A stretch of 64,000 nt of DNA, taken from positions 20,462,001-20,526,000 of the forward strand of contig NC_058368.1 in the NCBI RefSeq assembly GCF_018350175.1, written 5' to 3'. The stretch's first letter is position 1. Every line of letters starts with the position of its first letter. Shown piece after piece: positions 13,004-28,200 of the stretch. Made by a program: the position numbers and the translations under genes. The notes under the pieces are model-generated. The model was not told where the DNA came from and made no database searches. It worked only from the letters and a program-made list of their open reading frames with translations. Origin of the DNA: Felis catus. Lineage: Eukaryota.

Positions 13004-13070
<67 letters not shown>

Positions 13071-16000
13071 CATTGGACTCATGGCCAGTACCGCTATAAC
13101 TCATACCTGAATGAATCTTATCTAACACACGTATTTTGTCTGTAAGGTACATCACAACCTTCTTAGGAACACCAGACAGCACTTCAGCACTGTTCTTGGG
13201 GCATTTTGAACAGCACAATCGCCAACAAAAAGTGCACAAATGTAAAACCATAGCGCTAAATGAATTGCAGAAAGGCCGCTTATTTATGAGAAATGAAACA
13301 AGAATACAGAGCACACGGCCTCATTTGATGTTAGCTAGAAACATGTGGGTTGGGGGACGCCATTGTTTTGCCACTCTGCACCTGCTCAGGAGCGACGGCT
13401 AAGGCTCCGTGCTAGAGATTTTGGGGTTACAGATATTACAGATACATTTTAGTGAGTGGGTAAATTTGCAAATACGGAATCTGCAAATAATGAGGATCGA
13501 CTGTACCTACAAACTGGATAGTTTTTATTCTTTCATAGTTCAGGGGACTGGAAGCCTGAAATCAAGGCATCAGCGAGGCCAGGCTTCCTCTGAAGGCTCT
13601 AGGGAAGGATCCTTCCTTTTCCAGGTTCTGGGGGCCCCAGGCGCTCCTTGGGACAGCACCACTCCACTTTCTGCTTCCATCCTCACGTGGCCGTTTTCTC
13701 CCTGTGCCTGTGTCTCTGTGTCCACGTTTCCCTCTTTTTATAAGGATTAGATCCAGGCCCCACCCTAATCCAGTAATCCATCCTTTCCATTTGAATAGCT
13801 TCTTACCGACGAACATCATGAGTGTCACTCTTGAGTTTTATCATCTATACACCACTTTCATGTTTGGCCTTGATGATGGCTTTGACAGAGGTAATAACTT
13901 TGAAATGGATCGTCACGATTAGCCCTGGGCTCACAGGAGGAACAGCATTGAAAATCCTCTTATGCCAACCACACTTGCATTTTTCTAGAAATAGACACGG
14001 TGTACTTTGTGGGGGGGCTGAGGGCCCTTCTTCCCCATCTGCTCTGCCACGGGAGGTCTTCCCATCTATCCAGATATTAAAATGCCATTGACGGGGTCAT
14101 AATGGGGGAACCCTTGTGAATGGTCCCACTTACAATGCACGTGGACTTTCAGGCTGATTCCTGGTGCAGATGTCTCAGCAAGGGATAGTATATTATATTA
14201 ACTTGCTCACTCCCCTGGCCCAGATGGGAAGAGGGTCAGGACGAAGAAAGAATACAGTTCTGCTTCTTTCTAGTTTAATAGCTGAGGGCAATTACTTACT
14301 CAGTTTTCGTTTTCTCATTGGTCTATGAGAATAATAATATCTACCCCTCAGAGTTATTTTTCGGATTATATGAGATGATATATGTGAAAATATCAAATGT
14401 GGTCTCTGGCATAATTATACGCTCTCAGAATCTATTTCCTTCTTTCCTCCCTTCTTTCTGCATTTCCCATTTCTAAATAAGGTGACATTTGGAGGTTCCA
14501 AGTAGACATGGACTTTGAGGTGACACTTTGACCCAGCATACCCTCCTTTCCTTTACCCTCCCTTCTCACCAGCATGGAGCACACAGTGAGCTGGGGCCTG
14601 GAGAGGAAGAAAAGGCCAGCAGCCTCTGCTGCCCAGGCTCCAGGGGGCTTGTGCAGAAAGCAGAGAAAGTCCTCTGGTGCCTTCAGGTTCTTGGACGACA
14701 TGACATCCCTCTTTGGGTCCCGGTTGATCTTCCTTTGCTTATTCCTGCAGCCACTGTGGCTTTGGGTCGTGCTGTGATGGCGTCTAGGGATTATTGCTGG
14801 CGGACCCCGTGTCAGCATCCTTGCCTGGTACCCGAGACCCTGGGGCAGAATTGTTGCAAGTGTGAGTGAGGCTGGGGAGCTTTAGGCTGGTTCCTGTGCA
14901 GCCCACAGGGGTTCAGGCAGCAGGGGCTGTGGTTTCTGTTTTTCATGGCGTCTCTGAGGGCACAGCAAGTCGGCCTTCTGTCCTTAGGGCCTCCTCCACA
15001 GGTGGTCACAGGGAAAAGCCAGCCCCAAGCATACAAGAACCAGCCCAGCAGATGTGCTTGAGAATACACGAGGGCAGTTAGCTGACACTAAGCCTGCAGA
15101 GACAGGTGGCTTCTCCAGAGCCCAGCCGTGTAATGTGCCCGTGTTGGGCGAGGCAATGAATTTGTTTCTCTTTCCCCTGAATATCAGAGGAATTCTCTGA
15201 TGAAAAAAAAATTACACCGGTTTTAACCCCATGCACCTGGATTCAATAGAAAAGGTTTCCCCCTTGTTATCACCTGGCAGTTTGACATCTGTGTCTCTTC
15301 TCATATTCCTGGTCGTTTCCTGGATACGGAAAACCTTTCAGGTGTCTGCATCTGGGAGAAGCCCCAAGTCTCCGCAAAGTTGGGGGGGGGGGGAGCTTTT
15401 CAGGCTCAAGGAGCTGAGTGTGCATGATGAGCAGGTCCTCTCTGTTAAGGGACTGTCCCCTGCTGCCGCTGGTTCATCTGGCTGTTTTGGGTCTGTCTTG
15501 GAGCCACAGGGCCAAGTAGGGGCCAACAAGGGTTAGTGGGATGATGACAGTTGGCACTGGGAGGAATCCAGGCTATAACTGGTCATGAACTTCCAAGCAG
15601 ATGTGTGTTAGCTCCTGGTCACTTGCCATCCATACCTCCTAATCGAACTAGACAAGGTTGTGTCTGAGACTGGACATAAGGTATAGGAATGAACTGTTCA
15701 TTTGCTCCTTCAGCTCCTGGAGCTTGGGCTCCAAGAGCAGCAACATCTCCTGGATGCCTTCTAAAGACAGTGCACAGCCTCCCCCTGCAGTGATCCTCAA
15801 AGGAAGGCAAAGGAAGTTGGCAGACAGCACTCATGTAGCTTCTCAGAATCATAGCTGAGCACCTGTCCCCCATTCCCCATTCCAAAGAAGTTCACAGAGA
15901 GAGTTTCTATGAAGAAGACGGGCCAGGGCCTGGGCTGTATCAGCAACACCTGCGAACCCCACCTCTACCCTGTCCAACCTGCTTTTAGGGGGCTCCTTTG

Positions 16001-19000
16001 GGCCCCTTGCCAATGGGCAAGTTGATGCCAATGGGAATTTGCATGGAGCTCGGCCTATAGTTGATGCCAATGGGAATTTGCATGGAGCTCGGCCTATCAA
16101 AAAGTAGGTGGGGTCGGGATTTCAGGAGGAGTCTTACCCCAGGGTATGTACTCTTCATAGTGCTGTGGGGCCCGCCCTGGGCTGGGATCCTGGAGACCCA
16201 CCTTCTAGACCCAGCTCACCTCCTGGGTAGCAGTCTTCCTGCCCATCACCCAGCAGCCTGTCCGCACCAGAGTGAACCTCTCGACCTTCTTGTTTAACAC
16301 ACCTGCCAAAGAGATCGTGTGGTTTATTTCCTTAAACACCACATTTTAATCTTTTAAAGTATGTGATTATGGTATTAAATATGATTCTCAAACCACGCAG
16401 GCAGACCCCTTCCTTATTCTGCTTTGCTCTACCAGACATATGCGAGGCCTGGCCCTCAAATAGTCCTGCGGGCCCCCAGGCAAGTCTGAGTGTTTACGAT
16501 GGCCACCTTTCTCCCAGCTAATGTCAGGGGAGCATCCGGTTACTTTTCTCCCACAGAAAGAATAAAAATCATGAGGTGGGAGTTCTGTACTGGGAGGTGA
16601 CTCTAGATTGACCTGAAAAGCTAGAGTTTTGACAGAGTTCAGGAAATAAAAGAGCAGTATAGCTTGCACTGGATGGTTGGATGAAGCTCTCCTTCAGACT
16701 TCTCTTGATTTGCTTTCAAGGGATCCCAGCAGCAGGGGCCTGTAGTGGCTACATCACGCAGTTTCCGTTTGGTTCCGAGCCCGCTGTCAAAGGGGGTCCT
16801 GTCGATATTCTAGAATGGGGGCCAGGGGTTGGATTCTGCTCTGTCATGTCAGCTGTGTGACCTTGGGCCAGTGATAGAAATTCATTGACAGGGGCGCCCG
16901 CCTGGGTGGCTCAGTTAGTGTAGGGTCTGACTCTTGCTTTCGGCTCAGGTCACGATCTCACGATTCATGAGTTCAAGCCCCACGTTGGGCAGGTCCTGAC
17001 AGTGTGGAGCCTTCTTGGGATTCTCTCTCCCTTGCTCTCTGCCCATCCCTGACTCACTCACTCGTGTTATCTCAAAGTAAATAAACTTAAAAAAGTTCAT
17101 TGGCAGTTGATGGCCTCCTCAAAAAGAAATCATACTGACTTCAAACGGTCATGGGGAAGGAAGGAATCAAATCAGGCAACAAACGTGAGGCACTTGGCAA
17201 CATGCGTGGCCTAAAGCGGGTGCTCAGCAGATGTAAACAGAATGGGGACTCTGGAAGGGAGGCAGGGACATTTCTATGCCTTGTATCTCTGGCTGTTGTC
17301 CCTTAAAAGTAGAGATAAGCTCTGCTGTTCACCTCAAACAGCTGTGGTATAATATTCTGGGCCCTGGGGCAGTGATTGACAAACCACATGCAACCCAGTG
17401 GCCAAATCTGGCTCCCTGCCTGTTTTTGTGAGAAAAATCTTCTCGGAACTCAGTTGTGCCCATTTGTTTACATATGGTCTATGGGTGCCTTTGTGTCATC
17501 GTGGCAGAGTTGAGGGATTGCAGCAGATACCTGGAAAGCTGAAAATATTTACTACTTGCCTTTTGCAAAAAACGGGTTTGTCATCTAATTCTCTGGAGAA
17601 TGGATCTTTTTCAAGATTTTTTTTAAAGCCCTTTTTATTTGAGAACTACTATGGACCGAACTATGTTCAACCCCCACCAAATTCGTACGTTGAAGCCCTT
17701 CCCCCCAAAGTGATGGTATTTGGAGATGGGGCCTTTGGGAGATAACTGGATTTACATGAGGTCATGAATTAGTGCCCTTATAGAAAGAGGTATCAGACGG
17801 CTAGCTCGCTCGCTCTCAGGAAGCACGGGTGTGTGCTTTCTCTCTCTCTCACACTCCCAGGCCCACATCATGTGAGGACATGATGAGGAACCAGGAAGAG
17901 AACTCTTGCTAGAGCCTGACCACACTGGCACTTTAATCTTGCACTTCTGGCTTCCAGAATTGTGAGTCAGCACGTTTCTGTTAAGCCACCAGCTCACAGT
18001 ATGTTGTTAGTAGCCCAAGCAGACTGGGTTAGGAGCTCAAGTAAGCTTTACGTCTCCGGAAAGAAACACTTCCTATGTCTGATATCACACTCAGGCCATT
18101 TTGTACTTGTGTGAACGTGAACACCGTTTGGGGTGGTGGTACCTTTAGTAGAGAGATGCCTTCCCATACCTGCCCTCAGGCATTCATAGTTCCAAAGCAA
18201 CCAATACATTTGGAGGCAGCAATGATTTTATAGACTTTTAGAGATTTTATAGTGTGGCTTTCTACCCAAAGCCAAAGTCTATCACTGAGATTTCTCTCTT
18301 TAGCTTCTTGTTGCTTATTTCCATAACATCTCTTGGCCTATACCTGAAGGGGTATATACATATGGTGAATGCGTTTTTCAAATAAAAAGTTAGGATGCAA
18401 AATCAAATGAACATGTGCGTAAGTGTTGGAATCTGGATAGCTCTGAGAAACACGGGCTGTATGGTTTCTCTCTCCACACACACACACACAGACACACACA
18501 CACACACACATACATACACATAACATTCCATGAGTCAGAGAGGGAACATGGCCCTGCCGGTGGTGGGGAAGTCTACAGGAAGGACATTTAACTGTTTAAC
18601 AAAATACACTGGTCGGTTGAGACAAACTCTTCCCTTAGACAAAGAAAAAAGCACGCTAGTTACCACTAGTCCATGCTTTGCTTTCTGAGTGAGCTCCAGA
18701 ATGCAATTTCCCTACCTTTAAGCAATTGTTGGGACTTCTCCAGACCATTCTGCCACTGCATAGCGCTGTGCTTTCAATTAGCATAATTCAGGATGGGACC
18801 AGATGGCAGGTTAAGCATTGCATAAGGCATTGTTCTGTACATGAATAAGTGCCTACTTAGTGTGTAAGTGGGTTATTAGTGATCTGAAGTGACAAAATGC
18901 AAAACAACACACAACAGCCATTTGGCACAGCTGTGTCGGTCTAGACTTTGCTTGCTAAGAAACCAATAGTAAAATGTGTTTCAACAGTTAGCTATCAGCA

Positions 19001-20390
19001 AATGCCAACAAGCCTTCTCTGCACTCACTTCCTTTAAAAGAAGAGTAACACCATAAAATTTACAAAGTCCCCAAATCAGGCATTATAACATTTGATCTTT
19101 CCCACGACCCCCGGAGGTGGGACAAGTAACCGAGGAAAGTGACTAACTGAAAAAGAAGGCCTGAACTCTGGCGTCCTGGCTTTGAGCCCCGTGCTGAAGC
19201 ACACGGGCTAGAGGAGCAGCTGACTGGTGGGCACCAGGTCTGTAGCAAGGACTTTGGGGTCGGACGGACCTGGGTAGAACCCCTGGCCGTACTGTCCCCT
19301 AGTAACGTAACGTAGGGCAAATCCCCCATCAGTGATTAGCCACGATGCCTACGGCCCCTACCTCAGAGGGCCATCCGAAAGATGAAGCACAATCATGTGA
19401 GCAAAGTGCCTAACACAGAGTGGATACTCAATGGAGCAGACGCCTCTCCTGTCCCCCTCCCCGAGCCCAACCCAGTGGAGTCCTGGTTAGACCAACTTCT
19501 CTGTTCCAAAGTTTGCCAGGAAGCAGGCAACTTGTTACCTACCAGGCTTATGTGAGACTGCTTCATCACCGCAGAGGACCTCCCGCCTGAGCTGGTGTGG
19601 TCCACGGCCAAGCTGCCTTTTCTCTATGCCCTGGTAAACTTATTGCTACCTCTGGACCCCAACCCTCCGAGCTTAGAGTCTGTTTCCTCCTTGCAACCTG
19701 TGGGTAGCTGTTTCCTGCTTTTCTTCAACTCCTTTCTCCTACTCAACAAGATTTCTCCCACCCATTATCTCATGCCTGGCTTAGGCGATATTATTTGAGG
19801 AGGGTATGCTAGATGAAGGGCTCCTTCCAGACATCTGAAGATTTATTCTTCTGGATACATAAGCCTTGGGGGGAAAACTGCCCATTTTCGATGGAAAATT
19901 TTGTAAAACATACCACATACACTTGCCTGTCTTGTGGAAGAACACGTGTTTTCTCTGGGTGCCTCAGGTGGGTCCCTTAGAGGAATAGCTCTTGTTGCCT
20001 GTATCTGGGTGATGGGAGGTGGGTCCCTATAAGGGTGGACCCCATGCCCAGGAGGCCCAGAATAGGCAGCTGTGTCTCTGGCTTCCCTCTGCCTGTGAGC
20101 CCCCGCTTGGGGTTTAGAGGGTATCCTGTCCCCTGGACAGCCCACCTCTGCTCTTTCCAGTCCCTTGAGCTGTCACCAGGAAGAAGTAAACATTTCCTGG
20201 TGCTGCTGAAGACCCAGGCTTGTTAAGTCAGAAAATTTGAGTTTATATCATTCCAATTGAAAAGCTTCTTAAAAGACTCCATACTTCTAGGAAGGCAAGC
20301 ATTTAGAAAATGGACCCTTCCCGACAGCTGTTTTTCTTCCAGCAAAGATGTCTTCTATTAAAAGAACCCCCCAAACCCTTTTAATAGAAT

Positions 20391-20430
<40 letters not shown>

Positions 20431-22133
20431 GAGAGAATTGTACATTCAAGCGCTTGTATCCTTCACCCAGCTTCAATAATTATGAATATTTCACCAATCC
20501 TGTCTCATTTCTCTGGTCCCTCCACCCTTTTTCTGGTTTTGTTTTTGCTGGAATGTCTTAAAGCAAATCTCAGGTTTCCCATAATTTTACCCATAAATAT
20601 TTCAGCATGAGTCTCTAACAAGATAAAGACATTTTAAAACATAATCATAATGCCTTGATTATACCTAACAAAATTCATAATATTACAGAGGCCCAGAATC
20701 CAGCTGTATCTCAGCTGGCCATGGATAAATGTGGTCTTTGTGGTCTTTTTGTATTAGATTTACTAAGGTCTTTTCAGGACAATCAGCAAAAACTTCTGCT
20801 TTGACATAACTTCGAACTCACAGGAGGTTTGCAAGAATAGCACAAGGAATTCCTATATACTTTTCATCTATATTGCCCAAATGTTAACATTTTACTATAT
20901 TGGCTCTATCCTTCTCTCTAGGTCTATATATTTTTTTCCCTGAATCATTAGTATGTTACAGATATGATGTTTCAGTATCCCTAAAAAATTCTCTTACATA
21001 ACTACAGTACAACTATCAAACTCAGGAAATGAACATTTGTGTAGGGCTATTATCTAATCTGCAGACCTTATTGAGATTTTTCCAGTTGTCCCCATGACAT
21101 CCTTCAGAACAAAAGAAAACCTTGGATCATCTCAGCTGTCACATCTCTTTCATCTTCTGACATCTGGAATAGTCCCTGAGTCTCTCTTTGTGTCCTATAA
21201 CGTTCGTGTCTTTGGCACGTTCTGGTCAGCTATCTTGTAGAAGGCCCCTCAATTCCAGATTATCTGACAGTTCCTCCAGATTCAATTCAGGCTATGCTTT
21301 CTTGGCAGGAAGACCACGGAAGTGATATTTTGTCCTTCCCAGTTCATTATAGCAGGGGGTATACGATGTCCATTTGTCCCATTGTCCCATTACGGGTACT
21401 AACTTTGATTGCTTAAGGTGGGATCTGCCAGGTTTCTCTACTGGAAGTTCCTATCTTTCCCTTTTAAATTCAGTAGCTTGTGAGAGGATACATCGAGACT
21501 ATGAAAATATCTTGTTTCTCAAACCCCTCTCTCCGCAATTTTAGTACTCATTGGTGATTTTTGCCTGAAACCATAATTATGGTGACCAAATGGTACATCA
21601 TTTTTTATGTTTATTAGTTGGATTTATAGTATAAAAAAGAATTTCTCCCTCTTTCCCATTTATTTGTAGCAGTGTGAACTCTTGATTCTTATTTTTTAAA
21701 AAGGTTGTAGACCTTTGCTTTCATTATTTTTTTGATGCTCAAATTCTCCAAGATTTATCCCGTGGGAGCCCTTCCACTTTAGGCACATCATCATTCCTTG
21801 ATTACTTCTTTTTTTTTTTTTTTTGATGTTTATTTATTTTTGAGAGAGAGAGAGTGAGTAAGCGAGCACAAGTGGGGGAGGGGCAGAGAGAAGGAGACAG
21901 ACTCTGAAGCAGGCTCCAGGCTCTGAGCGGTCAGCACAGAGCCCCATGTGGGGCTCAAACTCATGAACCGTGATTTCATGACTTGAGCCGAAGTTGGACA
22001 CCCAGCCAACTGAGCCACCCAGGTCCCCTTTACTTATTAACTTTCTGGCATGACTAGATGCTATAGGCTCATCTTATCCTTTCCGTGTTCCAGACCTGAA
22101 ATCTGCCATTTCTTCAAGGAGACCTGAACTCAC

Positions 22134-22227
<94 letters not shown>

Positions 22228-25200
22228 CCATCCATCCATCCATCCATCTATCCATCCAACCAAAACCATGATGAGTCCTGTGGTCTTATTATGGTAGATT
22301 TGCTAATTCACTCCCACAGACTTCATTCTGTTCTTCCCCTTTCCATAATTGTAACTTCCTTCTCACACAGTGAGGAACCTGCTCCCCATTATTCATAGTA
22401 TATTTACTTATAGGATGAATCCTCAAATGTTCAGGAAGTTATTTCAGAATTGTTCACCACCATCTTGGGAAGGAAGCGTAGAAACTACAGTCAATTATTT
22501 GTTTCAAGTTTGGTTTTGTTTTTGTCTTTAGCCCGAAGACAAAGCAGTCTGAATCCTATGTTCAAATGTCACTGGGTTAATTTTTTTTCCTGGGTAATTC
22601 GATCATTCAAAACTATTCTGTTCAAATACTGTTCTGTTCATCTGTTTCTGTTTGTATTCTATCTCAGGGTTTTCCCAATCTTTATTGACTGTATTTATCT
22701 TCTTTATTTTCACTATATGAGTCATTAACATGATTCCCCAAACCAAAACGTTCAAATAGTTATGCTCAGAGCATGTCAGACCCCCAGCCCCTATAATTTT
22801 TTTAGCCTTTCTACCTCATTCCCACCAATGCCCTGTAGGTAAGTCATCTCAATAGTCCCTGGTATTTAATTTTGCACAAATAAGCAGATAGATGCATATT
22901 TCCTTATTTCCCCAGATTTGTTACACAAAAGATAAAATACTAAGCATACTACAGATTCTCTTTTGCACTATCAAAAAACACGGGGCACCTGGGTGGCTCA
23001 GTCAGTTAAGCATCTGACTTTGGCTCAGGTCATGATCTCATGGTTTGTGAGTTCGAGCCCCGCGTCGGGCTCTGTGCTGACAGCTCAGAGCCTGGAGGCT
23101 GCTTCAGATTCTGTGTCTCCCTCTCTCTCTGCCCCTCCCCTGCCCATGCTCTGTCTCTATCTCTCAAAAATAAATAAACATTAAAAAAATATGGGGGCAC
23201 TTGGAGGTTCAGTCAGTTAAGAATCTGGCTCTTGATTTCAGCTCAGGCCATAATCTCCAGGTTCCTGAGATCAAGCCTGCGTCAGGCTCTGCACTGACAG
23301 TGTGGAGTCTGCTTGGGATTCGCTCTCTCCCTCTCTCTCTCCTCCTCCCCTGCTCATGCTCACGTGCACTTTTAAAAAATATGTTAAGGCACCTATGGCT
23401 TGTTCAGTTTTCACATTTTCTTGCCGTTTCCTATCTGTCCCTGACTCCCTATGACTTAAGAGAACTCACGCAATCCTAAATTCACAGAGATGAAACTGTG
23501 TAACAACACAACACAGGAGTTGGTTTTTTAGTGACCTTTGTCCTCTGCTAGACAAACATTCTCAGTCAAGAATCTGAGAAGAAGCCCCAAACCCAGCACG
23601 GATGGAAAATGCCACAACCAAACCCGAGATCCGTGTTTAAGCAACAGTCTCCGAGCCAGCCGTCCTTTCCTGTTAACAGAGCTGGGCGCCCAGAAACAAA
23701 ATAACAGGGTCTGGAACGGGCATCTTCGTGGAGTTTTGTAGGTTTAAAGACCTGAAAGAAAAGTCAAGCAGATGCTCTTTCTACACAAGCCTGCCACCGT
23801 CACTTTACTATACCTTGCTTGCTGACAGCCCAGTCCTCCTGAGCGTGGTTCCCCGGGAGAAGGAGGCTTCTGGGACGTGTGCTTTCTTGGCCGGTAACAG
23901 GATGCACCTGCTTAGAGCTCCAGCCTGGGGGACGCGCAGCACAGCTGTTTTTTCTCAGCCCGAACAAGCTAGATTTAGCAGGAAAGGAGTGGGGGAGGGA
24001 GGGAAGAGGAAGGAACGATTCCACACCTGTCCGTGTACTTTTCAGGATCTCTCCTCCCAGGGACTCATAGGCAGTGGAAAGGACTTGAGTGGAATTTTTC
24101 TCAGTTCGTTGGGGCTTAGGAGGTGGCTCTTGATTGCTGTTATAGACAAGCCTGCCTGCATCCAGTTAGGGATGGACCCACAAGCAGAGAACCCAACAGA
24201 GGCAGTTAACGTAAGCCATTACCACCTCTGCCCTGCCATCCCAAGCTTTGTCTAGATTCAAAAGAGCTGGCTAATACATTCTTGGGATGTATGTGTAACT
24301 CATCCCTGATAAGACCAGGCCAACTCAGTGGGGACTCTACCCTGTTCAGACCGCAGAACAATTATCTGCCCAGTAGTCTAGGTGTGGACACGAGCTATAG
24401 AGACGAGCTGCTCAGACCATTTCTGGAAGCAGGTAGAGGCTGGGAAGTACCCAGACCTTCTCTGGTCCCCTGCCACTCGTGCAAGGATTGCTCTTACAGA
24501 CATAGTTCAGTTGTGTGTGTTTGAACATTGAGAAAGAAATTGGAAAGCCCCTTGCTGTGAATTCTAGATCCAGCCAGAGCATCACAGGACCCAGCCAAGG
24601 ATTATGGTGATTGTGAATTCCTCAGGACTCCCATAAACCTGGGCATTCCAGACCTTCTTCCAGCCCCCAAGACCTACCAGAGTCACCACACCACAGGAAA
24701 TACGAGAGTGTTCTCTCACAGATGTGCCAGGCCACCGACATCAGTGAACGCCCTGTCTCCTGTGTCAATGATGACAACCCATCAGTAGCCCTCACGCTGG
24801 GGGAGACCTCTTATTTCTTTGCTGCTCCAGGGGCTATGGGATTTGGTATGGGAATTAGAAACTGGCTCTTTAGTTTAGACTTAGAAACTCTGCCACTCTG
24901 CGTGATTTGGGTGAATTTACAAAGCTGACACTCACCCTCAGAAAGGGGACATGATAATAAGATCATCGCCCTTACAAGGCTCTGGCAAGCGCTGGGCAAA
25001 ATGATTGATGATGTTGATTACTGAGCGTTTAATGACTGAGTGCTCCGGGAATTATAAAACATCCTGAAAAAACACTTCCGCCCCTCTAGAAAGCCACCGA
25101 TCACGTGCTGTCTATTGCAACAGTGCAGACAGGGGCAGCAGCTCCAGCTAGAGCTACAAATCTGCCCCCAGGTACGTATCAAGCACCTGTGCTGTGTATC

Positions 25201-28200
25201 GCCCAGAAAACGTGTCGTGTGCGGTCAACGCCCCTCCGAGTTATCGCAGAGTTGGGAAGAAAACAAAATGCTGCGCTTCGGGAGGGTGCTCAGGGTGATG
25301 TGGGATATTCAGAGAAATCTTTATGAAGGATGCGATGTGAAAAGTGCACCCCACAGGGACGCCAGGATGTGGAGAGGGTGAGAGAGAAAGGGGAAGCCAC
25401 TGCGGGTATTTGGAGATAAGTTTGTCAGTGTTGTTCTGTAGTCGCAGTATTAGTTCTTTCTCAGAGATAGCTTTTTATTTTGCTTAAAGCCATAGTATTT
25501 GAAGATGTCCAGAGGTGGTAGGGAAGACCGCAGAGGACCATCCACTGCCCTGCCCAGGGCGAGCCTCCTTCTGGGTGCCAGACTCAGCCGTCATGGGAAT
25601 ACGACAGCTTCCCATCCCCTTCTGGACCGGAGAGGGATTTATGCCACGGGGACCACAGAAAAGATTGGGGTAGGGGTAGGAGGAACTCACATTTAATGAG
25701 CACCTTCCAGACGCCTGGGCTGCACTGGGTGCCTCACTGTGGCCCCGAGACAGGGATGTCGTTATTGGCATTTTACTGACGGCGAAAGTAAAACCTCAGG
25801 GAGATGTTCAGTCGTGTTATCACACAGCCGGGATTTGAACTCTTTGGGAATCACTGAAGACCCCCAGAATGAGAACAAACATTTTGCAGGTGCCTTTATT
25901 TTGGGGGTGTGCTTTGGGTTCCGCAGGTATCTCCATGGAAGCCATTCTGAGACTCTTTGGAGAATATTTCTTTAAATTCTGTAAGATGTCTGGCTACGAT
26001 AGGATGTTACGGACACTGGGAGGAAACCTCACGGAGTTTATTGAAAACCTAGATGCCCTCCACAGTTACCTCGCACTATCTTATCAGGTAAGGCTATCTG
26101 AGTCCAGTCTTGTTGGCTCGGTGAGGAAGCAAATGCCTGTGGGAGTTCTGGGCCATCTTCCCACAACCCCCGAGAGGGGTGCAGTTGGAAGGGATGTGCA
26201 GGATCCCTGGTTCGAGGTGTCAGGAGTCCCCTGGGGAAAGGAATGGAAAATGATAACCTGTTGGCCACTTTTATTAACTGGCCGGCAACAACCAATGAGG
26301 GACAAGCTCAAGAGGTTGGCTTTGTGACAGAGGATGGTCTATTCTGACAGTCGCTGGTGTGGGCTTGGAATTAGATCTGGAAGACTGATCACAGTGGGGA
26401 CAAAGACGGGGAAACAATCAGGTTGTAGTGGACTTGCAAAATCTCCCCTCAGGTTTCCCGGCTTTGATGGAGCTGAGAAATAGGTTCTGTAGCCAGATTC
26501 ATTCATTCACGTATCAGAAGGAAAGATTTGATAGGGCCAAGAGCCAGAGTCGGAAACCTTCCAATGCTGATTAACCCGCGGGGTGACCGCCTGAGGTGTT
26601 AAGAAACTAATTTCCCTATTGGGATATATCCTTCTGGAATTCATTCCTTGGCTTTCTTGTTTGGAGGCATCGTTGGGAATTTAAACGCCTAGACTTCCTC
26701 TTCTTTTTTAGAAAAGAAACAGCCTTATTAAAAAGGCAAACAGGCATTTACGTAGCTTTTAATAATAGTCTATTATTTTATATGAATTATTTGTACTTAT
26801 TTTTAGGGCCCTTTATAGTTTCCCAGGCTCTTTCTCCACTGTTTTTATATTTAATGCTCCTAACCACCCTTGAAGGGTTGTCGTGAGGGTAAAATGGGGT
26901 TGTGTGTGCTAAAGTGACTCATCAACCATAGTGCACCCTTACACGTGTTCAATGGGAAAACTATTATTTTCTCAATTTTTCACGGAATATTTCTCCATAT
27001 TTCAAGGAATAAGAAAAACCTTAACTGACTTCGGACAGGATGAGTAGGTGGGTCTGTCCTGTTGTCAATGAAGGGAACTACGCAAGGGGATCAAGAGCCC
27101 TGAATATGGGGTCAGATGCACTTACCGCGCTGTCTGACCAGCTCTGCAATTTACTAGCTGTGTGATCCTGTACAAGTTATTTGCCCTCTCTGGCCCTTGA
27201 TTTTTTCACTTTACTCATTTCATAAATATGTATTGAGGCTTTACTCTGTAATAAGCCCTATTTTAGGCATTGGGCAAACACAAAGAGGAGTAAATAGGAA
27301 AAAAACTCCTGTCTCATATATTGTGTGAATTCAAAGAGATCACATGTGGAAGTCCCCAGCATCATAATCACTTTACAGAAGGCATTTCATAAATAATAAT
27401 AACTTCCTTCTTTTCTCTTTTCTCTCTGTTCAATACGGCCGGTTTAAAAATTACAATAATTTATGTGGCAGCTTCCTTTCCAATTTCTTAGCTACAGCCC
27501 TGCACTTAGACACAAAGAAGTACAGTTAGGCTCCTTCCAGAATCTCCCATAAGATTTCTTAATATAACATCTTTCATCTGAAAATTTGGCTAATATTTCA
27601 AGTCACGGTTCTGGAGAATGTTAATAGTCTCCCATTCGTGTTAATTCATGGATGTGCTCCAAATACTGTAGTTACCATATTACTGCCACTCTTGTGAATA
27701 AGTGTGAATGGGACCGAGAGTCTGAAGTCCCCGCCCATTGTTTGCACACAGCTCCACTACCTTTCCTCTGGGGCAATCATCGGTCATTCCTTCCCGTGCC
27801 AAAGTCAATGCTAAAGAAGAGAACTTCTCAGGGTGTAAGTGAGGACATTTTGCACATAATGAGATGAATAAAATATATCAGTGTTATAATATGCAAGCCG
27901 TAATAAAATACACGCAATAATAACCTGGTAGCTCCGTAGTGTTTTACACTGGACGGAACGTTCTGTCTCTTTAAGCAAAAATAAAATAAGGGAATGCTGA
28001 CTTTTCTCTACTGTTTGCCTCTAGTAATTTGCCAGTGCCTTAAGGCATACATTTCTGGTTGTAGCTGTGCCTTTAATCTTTTCTTTTTTTTTTTAAGCTA
28101 ACTTTCATTGGGTGCTAATTATGAAGCAGGTGTGGGGCTAAGTAATTTATAAACATTGAATTGTCCTCCGAAGATTAGGTACTCTGATTTTTTTTCTCAT

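Noticed and set aside
14432..14869. GC-rich overlapping ORFs of 113-128 aa as a possible retrocopy
   Set aside because: No recognisable protein similarity, poly-A or TSD.
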